Shown here one piece after another: positions 42,060 to 50,650 of a stretch of DNA of 64,000 nucleotides. The position numbers and the translations under genes are program-made. Below the pieces are notes generated by a model. It was not told the DNA's origin and did no database searches. It was given only the letters and a program-made list of their open reading frames with translations. Numbering within the stretch: position 1 is the stretch's first letter; each line of letters starts with the position of its first letter. Source of the DNA: a virus; IMG/VR virus record IMGVR_UViG_3300044633_000631, positions 1 to 64,000 of that record; one strand, 5' to 3'.

Positions 42060-42737
42060 TTAACCTCGATTAATAAAGTCCAACACATCGCGTCCTAATG
42101 CAATTAAATCATTTTCAGAGATGTTATCAGCTAGAATCAATATAGACCCCTCTTTAATCTCTAATAAGAATTCATAATCATTTCTTCTAAACTTAGCAAT
42201 CCTACCTTCTGAACTTATAATACTAAATGTACCAGATGTAGGATCAGTGTTAAGTTTAATACCTGGTTGAGTAGAGATAATCTCTTTTAAACGCAAGAAT
42301 GCTTGATCACTACCAATAGAAACTTTAACTTCCATCCCATCGACTTTACAATTAGGGTATAAAAGCTTTAGCAGGTCTATGTGAGAGTCAAGAGAACATT
42401 TTAAAGTTTTATATTCAAGATCTACAATAGCATTTCTAGGGCGTGCTTTTAAAGCTTTTTCTATTGCCAAGCCAAGATACTCGTTGCATTTTCCTTTTTG
42501 TTTATAAGAAACAAAAGGTATTTTATCAACTAATTCAATGTAAGTTTTTAATGGCATTTGGCCACGTACTGTTGCTTCGCGAGATGTTACCATAAGGTCT
42601 TGAATAGTGACTAGTTCAATGCCCTGGATTATTAATTCATTCGCTACTTGTACCAATGTTTTAAATTCCTTACGAGCAATATCTTCAACTTGAAGACGCA
42701 CGCTATTGTTTGTATATGCTGTTAAATATCTCATCAT
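42060..42737 (-). CDS. Hypothetical protein
   Basis: 225-aa ORF with a GGAG RBS. Confidence 0.7.
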   Translation of the reverse strand: MMRYLTAYTNNSVRLQVEDIARKEFKTLVQVANELIIQGIELVTIQDLMVTSREATVRGQMPLKTYIELVDKIPFVSYKQKGKCNEYLGLAIEKALKARPRNAIVDLEYKTLKCSLDSHIDLLKLLYPNCKVDGMEVKVSIGSDQAFLRLKEIISTQPGIKLNTDPTSGTFSIISSEGRIAKFRRNDYEFLLEIKEGSILILADNISENDLIALGRDVLDFINRG

Positions 42738-42760
42738 TTCTTTATCTCCAGTTTTTGATT

Positions 42761-42794
42761 AAAAACCCCTCAACCATTAAGGTCAAGGGGTGTT
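42761..42794 (-). terminator. Terminator-like hairpin
   Basis: Minus strand CCCCTTGACC-TTAAT-GGTTGAGGGG followed by T5. Confidence 0.75.
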
Positions 42795-42803
42795 TGTTAA
42801 AAA

Positions 42804-43418
42804 TTACTTACCAGCTTTTGCTTCACGTTTTAAACGATTAGCTTCACGTTTTGCAGCCAATTCAGCTACAGCTTCTGGGCCTTTAGACTCAGCTTCTGCA
42901 TCTTCTTCAGCACGTTTCTTAGCTTGGTATTCTGCTAAACCAGCAGCAGCTTTGGGTGACACTTCGCGTTTTTCAACGCCAGCGCTATAAGCTTCCAAGA
43001 TAGCAGCAGAGTTACTAACAACATAATCAGCAAGTTCAGGATTACCTGATGCTTGTAAGATTTCTGTTTTAGCGGCTTCTACTTTTTCTTCAGCAGTTAA
43101 ACGTTTTACAGCAGGCCATCTGAACGAATCTAAAACAGCTTTTGCATTGTCAAATAAGAAACCTGAAGTGATTTCCGCAAGTGCTTTTTCCAATTTGTTA
43201 TAATCAGATTTAGTCACACGACGAATAGTACCACTTTCGAAAGCAGATTCAACTGTGTCTTGGTTATCAACTAACCATTCTGCAACGTCTGTTTGATTGC
43301 TTACAGCTGTTAACATAGCTGCTAAAATCAATGGACGTCTAACAAAGTTTAATGCTTCTGCTTTAGTTGCAAATGTTTGACCGTTTACTACGAATGCTTG
43401 TTGGATTTGGACTGACAT
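42804..43418 (-). CDS. Hypothetical protein, probably highly expressed
   Basis: Has its own promoter motif, an AAGGA RBS and a terminator; Ala/Glu/Lys-rich tail. Confidence 0.8.
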   Translation of the reverse strand: MSVQIQQAFVVNGQTFATKAEALNFVRRPLILAAMLTAVSNQTDVAEWLVDNQDTVESAFESGTIRRVTKSDYNKLEKALAEITSGFLFDNAKAVLDSFRWPAVKRLTAEEKVEAAKTEILQASGNPELADYVVSNSAAILEAYSAGVEKREVSPKAAAGLAEYQAKKRAEEDAEAESKGPEAVAELAAKREANRLKREAKAGK

Positions 43419-43540
43419 GATGAATTCCTTAAGATAAATTATTAATTAATATTTATCTGTGCGGTCCCACTTAGTGCGCTTTTGCCCAATGCTCTTACAG
43501 TTCTTAATACGAGATGAGAATCTAACTTCTTATTTGAAAT

Positions 43541-43560
43541 TAGGGTTAATTTAACGGGGT
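43541..43560 (-). promoter_or_regulatory. Putative phage RNAP promoter (copy 5)
   Basis: Exact TAGGGTTAATTTAACGGGGT. Confidence 0.8.
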
Positions 43561-43606
43561 TGGCACACTCGCATTACAACCCGAACCCGTTAAGGTACTG
43601 CTTTTG

Positions 43607-43942
43607 CTACGCGTTGGCCACAGACGGCACGAGGAACCTGTCCCATGCCTGCAGGGATGCCTCAGACGCGGTTGCCAGCTCTGCCCCCGTTTCTGGCCCA
43701 AATTTGGGCACCCTGATGCCAGCGGGTAGCACGGGCTGTGAGTCACCAACTTCCACAAGATTGAGGTCATTGTACGGATCATTCTTATTAACTAATCCCT
43801 CCATAGTCCATGAAGTATGTTCCCAATCACCGTCATCTAAATACAACCCAAGTACAGGATAGCCATAGCGCTCCTCAATAATACCCAAAAGCACAACTTC
43901 CCGGCCATCTTGTGTCTCATATGCTTTATCTAAATCAATCAT
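43607..43942 (-). CDS. Hypothetical protein, repeated small domain with a GC-rich 3' extension
   Basis: MIDLDKAYETQDGREV...YPVLG...WTMEG...DLNLVE; tandem paralogue of 43939-44196. Confidence 0.65.
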   Translation of the reverse strand: MIDLDKAYETQDGREVVLLGIIEERYGYPVLGLYLDDGDWEHTSWTMEGLVNKNDPYNDLNLVEVGDSQPVLPAGIRVPKFGPETGAELATASEASLQAWDRFLVPSVANA

Positions 43943-44196
43943 TTGTATACTCCACTTAGTTTAATACCTTCAGGCAATACAGGCAGTTCATCACTAAACT
44001 CTTTTAAATCACGACCCATCGGTTCTTCATCATCGTAAACATATCCTTCGATAGTCCATGTTTCTCCTGTCCATTCGCTATAATTGTCTAAATACGCACC
44101 CACTACACTATATGGGTTTTCTTCAGACGATAAGATTGCAAATAGCACTACTGGACGTTCATTGCGGGTTACATATGTTTTATTTAAATCAATCAT
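43939..44196 (-). CDS. Hypothetical protein, repeated small domain
   Basis: MIDLNKTYVTRNERPV...YSVVG...WTIEG...DLKE. Confidence 0.7.
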   Translation of the reverse strand: MIDLNKTYVTRNERPVVLFAILSSEENPYSVVGAYLDNYSEWTGETWTIEGYVYDDEEPMGRDLKEFSDELPVLPEGIKLSGVYK

Positions 44197-44438
44197 TTTC
44201 TTACTACCCCTTGGCTTGGATCACTTAATTCAACAAGCTCATAAATGTGCTTGCCTTCGATTACAACACCACCAATGTTTGTTTGGTGGACTTGACGATA
44301 GTCTTCGTACTTCATATTAACTACAACTACCGATACCGCTATTGCTATCATCATTCCGATAATAGCAGATATTAAATCAAATTTGTGTAACATGTTCTTA
44401 ACCTCTTGGTTTATTAACTCTTTCATATTATTGCGCAA
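44193..44438 (-). CDS. Hypothetical membrane protein
   Basis: One TM segment, LISAIIGMMIAIAVSVVVV. Confidence 0.6.
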   Translation of the reverse strand: MRNNMKELINQEVKNMLHKFDLISAIIGMMIAIAVSVVVVNMKYEDYRQVHQTNIGGVVIEGKHIYELVELSDPSQGVVRK

Positions 44439-44637
44439 CTAAATCTAAATCATTATCTACAATACTTTCATCGCATCGCCCGTCTATCATCCAACGCTCA
44501 TCAATCCATTCCTGATAGTCAGTATCATAATAACGCCCTAACACTGGATAATCAGTTTTAACTGATGTGATAATTTGGTGTACTTCCGCTTTGAAGCCAC
44601 ACTGTGTGCGATACTTCTTTTGAATTTCGATTTTCAT
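44428..44637 (-). CDS. Hypothetical protein, repeated small domain
   Basis: KKYRTQCGFKAEV...YPVLG...WMIDG...DLDLV. Confidence 0.7.
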   Translation of the reverse strand: MKIEIQKKYRTQCGFKAEVHQIITSVKTDYPVLGRYYDTDYQEWIDERWMIDGRCDESIVDNDLDLVAQ

Positions 44638-44640
44638 AAC

Positions 44641-44796
44641 CTACCCCGGTGGATTGCATGAGTAGCACATGCAGTTTCTGTGATAGCCGTGTGGGCCAAG
44701 AATTCTGTCACCATCTTCTTCCCAGTTTTCTTCTTGAGGTTCTGGATCATAATCCCACTCTTGATCATCACTTAATTGACCTCTATAAAATGTCAT
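44641..44796 (-). CDS. Small acidic protein with a His/Cys-rich tail (51 aa; not in ORF track)
   Basis: MTFYRGQLSDDQEWDYDPEPQEENWEEDGDRILGPHGYHRNCMCYSCNPPG. Confidence 0.55.
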   Translation of the reverse strand: MTFYRGQLSDDQEWDYDPEPQEENWEEDGDRILGPHGYHRNCMCYSCNPPG

Positions 44797-44819
44797 ATCT
44801 TATCTCTCAGTAAATGCCG

Positions 44820-45098
44820 CTAATTAAGAAGATTTGTTAACTGATCACTTTCTACGCAACCGTGCAGGGTGCCATAAGATGGAAAGTAGCCTGTCAGGCT
44901 ACAAGTCCCTCCATCTTCAAAGTAGATGCTTTCATTAGAGAAATTGAAGCCAATTATCGTCTTCGGCCCTCTTCTCGCGGTTCCCCATGTCTGGCCTATT
45001 GCGAATTCAGTCCCGTTTACACGAATGCGTTTCTTTGACTTATGAATCTCCAATTCACCACCAAAGCGATGGTAAGGTTGCCACTCTTGATCACTCAT
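44820..45098 (-). CDS. Hypothetical protein
   Basis: 92-aa ORF with a GGAG RBS. Confidence 0.6.
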   Translation of the reverse strand: MSDQEWQPYHRFGGELEIHKSKKRIRVNGTEFAIGQTWGTARRGPKTIIGFNFSNESIYFEDGGTCSLTGYFPSYGTLHGCVESDQLTNLLN

Positions 45099-45243
45099 GT
45101 CTCATCTCTCCGCTCTGGTTCATTCAACTTAGTTTCAGCCGCATGTTCTAATTGTTTAATGTACACGTACACATCGTACGGTACTTTGAAATGCGCAAGT
45201 TTACGCGTTTTTAAATCGGGGATTGCTACAAAGTATGAACCTG

Positions 45244-45348
45244 TCACGTATCCTCCTCCTCGTCATCCCATTCCCATTCATCATCAAGTTCTTCTTCATC
45301 ATCGTCGATCCAAGTCTCGTCCTCGCCATGATTTTCATATATAGCCAT
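45244..45348 (-). CDS. Hyperacidic peptide (34 aa; not in ORF track)
   Basis: MAIYENHGEDETWIDDDEEELDDEWEWDDEEEDT. GAGG RBS; starts 2 nt after the upstream stop. Confidence 0.55.
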   Translation of the reverse strand: MAIYENHGEDETWIDDDEEELDDEWEWDDEEEDT

Positions 45349-45350
45349 TG

Positions 45351-46223
45351 TTAAACCTCTTTAATTAAGTCTTCATCACTGTAAGCGCCACAGTCATAAT
45401 AATAACCTTTGCGTGTATATATACGTAAGGAATCATCACTCGCGCCCATTGCAACAACATGTTCATCATCTCTAATGTGTATTATCTCATACTTTTCACC
45501 ACGTTCGTTAACATACATACTACCAACTTCTAAACAGAGTCCATTGAATTCCCCCACAAGACTTGTTTCTGCGATAGGAAATTGCTGTCCCTTGAGCAAT
45601 CCTGTTAATTTAGTTGCAAGTCCTGATTCAACTCTATAAACATGACCTTTGGCACCAATATAAAGCTTTTTATCATCTGGAGGAAAGACATCAACTATAT
45701 CATAATCAGACTGTTCATTTTCAAATATTTCACCATATTTACTTACACCAAACTTGCAACCATTAGTTGTACTATATTCATATCTATAGAACCCTACGTC
45801 ACTGGTTGTTTTTGTTATACTAGCCATTTGACCGCTACGTGTTACATAAATACCGCCTACTTTTACTTTAGGAGGTCTCAGCAAATCGCACTCAGACTTT
45901 GTATCAATATACATCTTACCATCTATTGTGTAGTCATAGCCATTATCACCACTAAATACATATCTACCATAATGCTCTATATCTGTTAATGTTACAGGGT
46001 TTCCCTCTCGTGTAAAATACTGACGACCCGCTTTAAACTTAAAATTACGTACACGTTCTACTAAATCCCAATCTGATTCGTCATAATCAAATCTTTTACC
46101 ATCCTTCGTTACTGTATAATCAGCATTTGTACCAAACGGATACACAGGACTCTCTGTCGTCTCAATAATTCTGACAACTTTACCGTGACGTGTTCTATAC
46201 TTCTTGTTCAGTTTTATTTTCAT
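45351..46223 (-). CDS. Hypothetical protein with about 4-5 tandem copies of the repeated small domain
   Basis: KKYRTRHGKVV, RQYFTREGNPV, GIYVTRSGQMA, SMYVNERGEKY; each unit ends ..DG/KG......DL/DI. Confidence 0.75.
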   Translation of the reverse strand: MKIKLNKKYRTRHGKVVRIIETTESPVYPFGTNADYTVTKDGKRFDYDESDWDLVERVRNFKFKAGRQYFTREGNPVTLTDIEHYGRYVFSGDNGYDYTIDGKMYIDTKSECDLLRPPKVKVGGIYVTRSGQMASITKTTSDVGFYRYEYSTTNGCKFGVSKYGEIFENEQSDYDIVDVFPPDDKKLYIGAKGHVYRVESGLATKLTGLLKGQQFPIAETSLVGEFNGLCLEVGSMYVNERGEKYEIIHIRDDEHVVAMGASDDSLRIYTRKGYYYDCGAYSDEDLIKEV

Positions 46224-46342
46224 TTTCGATTTCCTTCTGGATTTTAAATAGGTTCTTTAGCTGTCTGTTTCTGATCAAAAGCTCTTGTTCTAACAACTGA
46301 ATAGCATGCTTCTTTTCAATTATTAGAATTTCCACCTGCCTT

Positions 46343-47713
46343 TCATAAATGTAAAGTGGCGTCATCATACATACCGTCCTGAATGTTCAATAAATGTTCT
46401 AGAGTATCTGCTTCATCTTTATCGTAGCGTCTCTCAATGAACTTAGGCTCAAATAATGAGTAGTTACCTTTCTCATCACAAATTACTTCTGAATACGTTA
46501 CACCTATAATTGCATATAACCAATCTCCTCTGTTGTTCCAAATCTCTTGTGTCAATGCATCTGTTAAGTTACCTACACCAACACTTAAGTCACCATCTTC
46601 TGTTACACATAATAGTGAACCGAATGTTTCTTTATTAGCACCTGTTCCTGGTATAAATTCAATGACTCTTAACTCACACTCGAATTCTTTCTTAAACTTA
46701 ACACCACCAGTTGTAGTGCCATCTCTCCATAGCATATCTTTTTTCTTAAGCATACTGCCTTCTTTTCCTTGTCTAACAAGTTCTATGAAATGCGTTTCTG
46801 CTTCTTGAAGATTATTAACAATCCGTGTATCAATTATTCTTGTCCATTTACATGCAATGCCTAGATTAGCATCAGAGAGGTGTAGTAAGTCAAAGTGTAA
46901 GTTATTCAATCTAGAGTAATAAGGCTCATCATCTGCCCCGTTAGCAATACCTGACAACTTTACTCGATCCCAAACCATGAATACAGGTTTTTCTTCTGGC
47001 TTAAAGCTGCCGCCTAAATTAACTCTACGTATGATACCGTTACTAGTTTTACGTTCCAGAATTTCTCCATTTACTTCTACTAATAATTCACCATGATACT
47101 GATATCCATCTTTCATATGAGGACTTAATTCAAATATCAGATCATAGTACTCATAGACATTCATTGGCTGGTAATTACGTGATAACATTGAAATATCACC
47201 AGCACTCTTAGTGATGTTTACAAACAAGCCATTAGCCTTTTCTTGGGAGAATGCAGGAAATGGAAACTTATCCATCTTAACATTCTTAGGAAGGCTAAAC
47301 CGCATATATTTCTTAATAGGTATGAATTCAGATTGCTTTGCCTTGTTAATAGATTTCACATCAAAGCCAGCATCTAAACTTTTATTAAGAATTTGACAGA
47401 ATAGTACTTGAGATTTGGGTGTTAATGTTTGCAAATGTTCATTAATAATCGTCTTTGCTTGATTACCTGTTAGTCTTCTTTTAGCTAGGTTATCTAATAA
47501 GGTGAATGTAGCATTGTTGAACATATCACGACCAGTTTTAAAAGGTTCTTCTACATTCCTAATACCATACATGATGAATGGATCATATGCATGCCATATA
47601 ATATCTTCAAACATTTCATCTTCTAACCCATATGCTAACATATGAATCTTTTCATTCTTAGAAGGCTGTTGTGCTATTGCCAATAATAAATCATATACGT
47701 CATCACTATTCAT
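46343..47713 (-). CDS. lig: ATP-dependent DNA ligase
   Basis: Motif I QEKANG, YHGELL, FMVWD, KEGSMLK, VKFKK, and OB-fold SLFEPKFIERRYDK. Confidence 0.9.
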   Translation of the reverse strand: MNSDDVYDLLLAIAQQPSKNEKIHMLAYGLEDEMFEDIIWHAYDPFIMYGIRNVEEPFKTGRDMFNNATFTLLDNLAKRRLTGNQAKTIINEHLQTLTPKSQVLFCQILNKSLDAGFDVKSINKAKQSEFIPIKKYMRFSLPKNVKMDKFPFPAFSQEKANGLFVNITKSAGDISMLSRNYQPMNVYEYYDLIFELSPHMKDGYQYHGELLVEVNGEILERKTSNGIIRRVNLGGSFKPEEKPVFMVWDRVKLSGIANGADDEPYYSRLNNLHFDLLHLSDANLGIACKWTRIIDTRIVNNLQEAETHFIELVRQGKEGSMLKKKDMLWRDGTTTGGVKFKKEFECELRVIEFIPGTGANKETFGSLLCVTEDGDLSVGVGNLTDALTQEIWNNRGDWLYAIIGVTYSEVICDEKGNYSLFEPKFIERRYDKDEADTLEHLLNIQDGMYDDATLHL

Positions 47714-47792
47714 TTCTTAATCCCCAATAATACCTTTAGAATATCCCAAGCTAATTCAGCTAATTGTTTATACATAAATTTCTCCGATTAAA

Positions 47793-47812
47793 AGGGGAAC
47801 CGAAGTTCCCCT
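47793..47812 (-). terminator. Rho-independent terminator after the nrd genes
   Basis: Minus strand AGGGGAAC-TTCG-GTTCCCCT followed by a short T tract. Confidence 0.8.
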
Positions 47813-47958
47813 AAGATTAATTCCACGCTAAATATTCATTAATACGATAACCAGTAGTTCCCCACTGGTATGCTTGAACATACTTATACTTACGATATAA
47901 TGCTCGTAATTGTTTTCTGCGATCTCTGCTATTACCGCTTAACACAAAATGACTTGGG

Positions 47959-49659
47959 CTAAGCATGACAGGCGATGCATTCTCCTGCTGCGTTTGATTT
48001 GATTCCATTAGTAGTCCTGATATAATATAATGACTTAATACCTTCATCCTGAAATGCCATTTGATGAATCTGTGAGATATAAGCTTCACTCTCATCGGCA
48101 CTAAAGAAAAGGTTAATAGATTGAGCCTGATCAATATATCTTTGACGAGCAGATGCAAGTCTAATAATTGCTTCAGGTGAAATTTCGAATGCTGTTTTAA
48201 ACACAGCCTTTTCTTCATCAGTTAGATAATCTTCATTCTGAACTGAACCATTATCATCTACGATACGCTTCATTGCAGCTGTTACATCTTCACCGTGAGA
48301 CTTAATGATTTCTCTAAGCTTAGGTGATGATCTAAACATTTTGCCACCAGCGGTGTTTTGTACAAATGCATTCTTGTAGATTGGTTCAATACCTTGTGAC
48401 ATACCCCCTGCAAATAATGCTGATGATAAGTTAGGTGCAATAGCTATTAAATGTGTATTACGCATTCCATGACCACGACACCATTCAGGTTCGCCCCATT
48501 CACGAGCCATCCATCTTGATGCATCTCGCGCTCTGTCATACAAGTGATAGAACATTGATTGACTGAGATTGTGAGCTTCAAATGAATCAAATGGTAGCAT
48601 CTTTTCTTGTAAGTAACTGTGGAAGCCTAACATGCCTAAACCTAATGCTCTAGATTTTTCAGAGAACCTTACAATACGCTCCATACCCTTACGCTTCTTA
48701 CCAATTTCAATTTGATCTTGGTTAACGCAATCTAAGAACACTGTAGCAATGAATACAGCATCTGTCTTACTCCAATCATCATAGTATAATGCATTCATAG
48801 ATGATAATACACATGCAAATGTATATTCTTCTTCTTTATATTTACCACTGAACAATGCTATTTCAGTACATAAGTTTGAAGCTTTAACTTCTAACCCCTT
48901 AGCTGCATACATTGGAGGATTGGCACGATTTACTTTATCGATAAAGAAGAAGTAACCTTTACCAAGCAGTCTAAGCTTCATTGCACGCTGGTAACGTCTG
49001 ATAGCATCTGCATCACCGTTGTTAAGACGTTCAATAAACGCATCATTGATAATCCAACCTACATTGGCATCATCAGGATGCTTTGTTATATGTGTCACAA
49101 GCTCATCAAAGTCAGCATGGTCAATTTCTAAGTAACCTGCCCATGCACCACGTCTCTGTGATCCCTGAGAGATATCTTGTGCTACCTTTACAAAGCCTTT
49201 AAATACAGGCAATACACCAGAAGCACTGCCAGCAACACCACTGATAGTGCTACCCCTAGAACGGATATTTCCAAGGTAGTTAGACGTTCCGTAACCTTGT
49301 TGACTAAGTACTGCAACTTCTTTTTGTTTTTCATAAAAGTCATATACTTGATCCTCTATTGAGCCACCTGAACAACTGACAGGGCATCCGAAACCTGTAC
49401 CCATATTTGCCATCACAGGCGTACTAGGGATTAACCAACCTTTCCACATGATATCAAAGAACTTATCTTCCCATGTGACTGGATCAGGTGTATAGGATGC
49501 TGCATGTCTAGCTATTCGTGTGTATATTGATAACAAATCAGGATACTTCTCTGATACGTACTTTTCTTTCAATAATTGCCAACTGTTTGTGATAATCCAA
49601 GGTGGTAATCTACCCTCCGCTTGTAATCGTTTACGTTCTAAACTTAACTCTCTATACAT
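47959..49659 (-). CDS. nrdA: Ribonucleotide reductase class I alpha subunit
   Basis: Probable start MYRELS. PSTPV, VSC, QGSQRRGA, SNLCTEI, APNLSS, DQAQSIN, KSLYY, C-terminal CIAC. Confidence 0.95.
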   Translation of the reverse strand: MYRELSLERKRLQAEGRLPPWIITNSWQLLKEKYVSEKYPDLLSIYTRIARHAASYTPDPVTWEDKFFDIMWKGWLIPSTPVMANMGTGFGCPVSCSGGSIEDQVYDFYEKQKEVAVLSQQGYGTSNYLGNIRSRGSTISGVAGSASGVLPVFKGFVKVAQDISQGSQRRGAWAGYLEIDHADFDELVTHITKHPDDANVGWIINDAFIERLNNGDADAIRRYQRAMKLRLLGKGYFFFIDKVNRANPPMYAAKGLEVKASNLCTEIALFSGKYKEEEYTFACVLSSMNALYYDDWSKTDAVFIATVFLDCVNQDQIEIGKKRKGMERIVRFSEKSRALGLGMLGFHSYLQEKMLPFDSFEAHNLSQSMFYHLYDRARDASRWMAREWGEPEWCRGHGMRNTHLIAIAPNLSSALFAGGMSQGIEPIYKNAFVQNTAGGKMFRSSPKLREIIKSHGEDVTAAMKRIVDDNGSVQNEDYLTDEEKAVFKTAFEISPEAIIRLASARQRYIDQAQSINLFFSADESEAYISQIHQMAFQDEGIKSLYYIRTTNGIKSNAAGECIACHA

Positions 49660-50650
49660 TTTTTGGTGTCCATGTAAATTTGGCTTCTGCCCAATCCCTA
49701 CGATAATCATTGCCTTGCGCAATGAAAGTGTCATGTAATGTACTTGATTCAATATCTAAATAAAACCAATCAGCAATCGGATTATATTTAGGTTCAAAGA
49801 TAGCTGGATAACCTAATCTCTCTAGGCATATATCTAATCTAGATTGTACGAAGTTTTCAAGCATTAATGCATTAATGCCAGGAATATCACCTTTGTCAAA
49901 GATCTTTTTGATGATTTGTTTTTCATGTTCAAACAAAATCCATGCAGTAATCTCTAGTTCATTAGCAAGTCTTTCATGTGCTAAGTATTCCTCAGCCTCT
50001 ATTGCTTCATGATATAGAGTGTTGAACAAATAAGCACCAGCTTGACTATGAATGTTCTCGTCAATAGCGGAGAAATTAATTCCTGCATTAATATTTTGAA
50101 ATTTATTTTTGCCATTATTATTAAAGTGCTTTAAGAATGCAAAACTAGAATAAAGAATAGCGCCTTCAATCATACTAAACACACCTACTGATTTTAACTT
50201 ATCATAGGTTGTTTCTGATTGTGTAGCTACTTTCTCTAACCATTCCATTCTATCTTTCAAGATTGGATCGTCTAGGTATGCTAAATAAAACTCAGGGTTA
50301 TCTAACCCTAGCAATTCATTAATTTTATTATAGAATGGTGCATGAATGTTCAGCTCAAACATTGCAAATACTGAAGCCATTCTTTGAACATCTGGACGTG
50401 GAAAATGCTTACATATATAATCACGCCAGTAGTTATTTCCAACATTAACTTCATAGTGTACAAAAAGCAAAAGAACACTGACAATTCCGTGGTACTCTGC
50501 TGCTGTACAATTTGTTCGTAATTCATGGATATCTTTCTCCACTTCAATTTCATCTGCTGTCCACAATATGGACGTTTGTTCTTCAGCGAAGTTAACTAAC
50601 GCTGGATAGTCTGTACCGTAGCATTCTCTTTCTTCAAGAATTTGTGCCAT
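49652..50650 (-). CDS. nrdB: Ribonucleotide reductase class I beta subunit
   Basis: W...EI...KD, E..IH...Y, EGAILYSSF, DENIH. Confidence 0.95.
   Translation of the reverse strand: MAQILEERECYGTDYPALVNFAEEQTSILWTADEIEVEKDIHELRTNCTAAEYHGIVSVLLLFVHYEVNVGNNYWRDYICKHFPRPDVQRMASVFAMFELNIHAPFYNKINELLGLDNPEFYLAYLDDPILKDRMEWLEKVATQSETTYDKLKSVGVFSMIEGAILYSSFAFLKHFNNNGKNKFQNINAGINFSAIDENIHSQAGAYLFNTLYHEAIEAEEYLAHERLANELEITAWILFEHEKQIIKKIFDKGDIPGINALMLENFVQSRLDICLERLGYPAIFEPKYNPIADWFYLDIESSTLHDTFIAQGNDYRRDWAEAKFTWTPKNV

Noticed and set aside
47817-48218. 133-aa ORF overlapping the nrdA 3' end
   Set aside because: Mostly an alternate-frame overlap. At most the last ~49 codons (from MLSPSHF) could be a real small gene.
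49660-49752. N-terminal extension of nrdA, and similar extensions on the scaffold, SSB, polA and gpG ORFs
   Set aside because: These are longest-ORF artefacts overlapping upstream genes or regulatory sites. Downstream ATGs fit the RBS and gene packing better.
49652-50650. NrdB as a tyrosyl-radical-free class Ic subunit, because the first ligand appears to be Glu
   Set aside because: The radical Tyr position (H-x3-Y in IHAPFY) is retained. The subclass cannot be assigned without an alignment.
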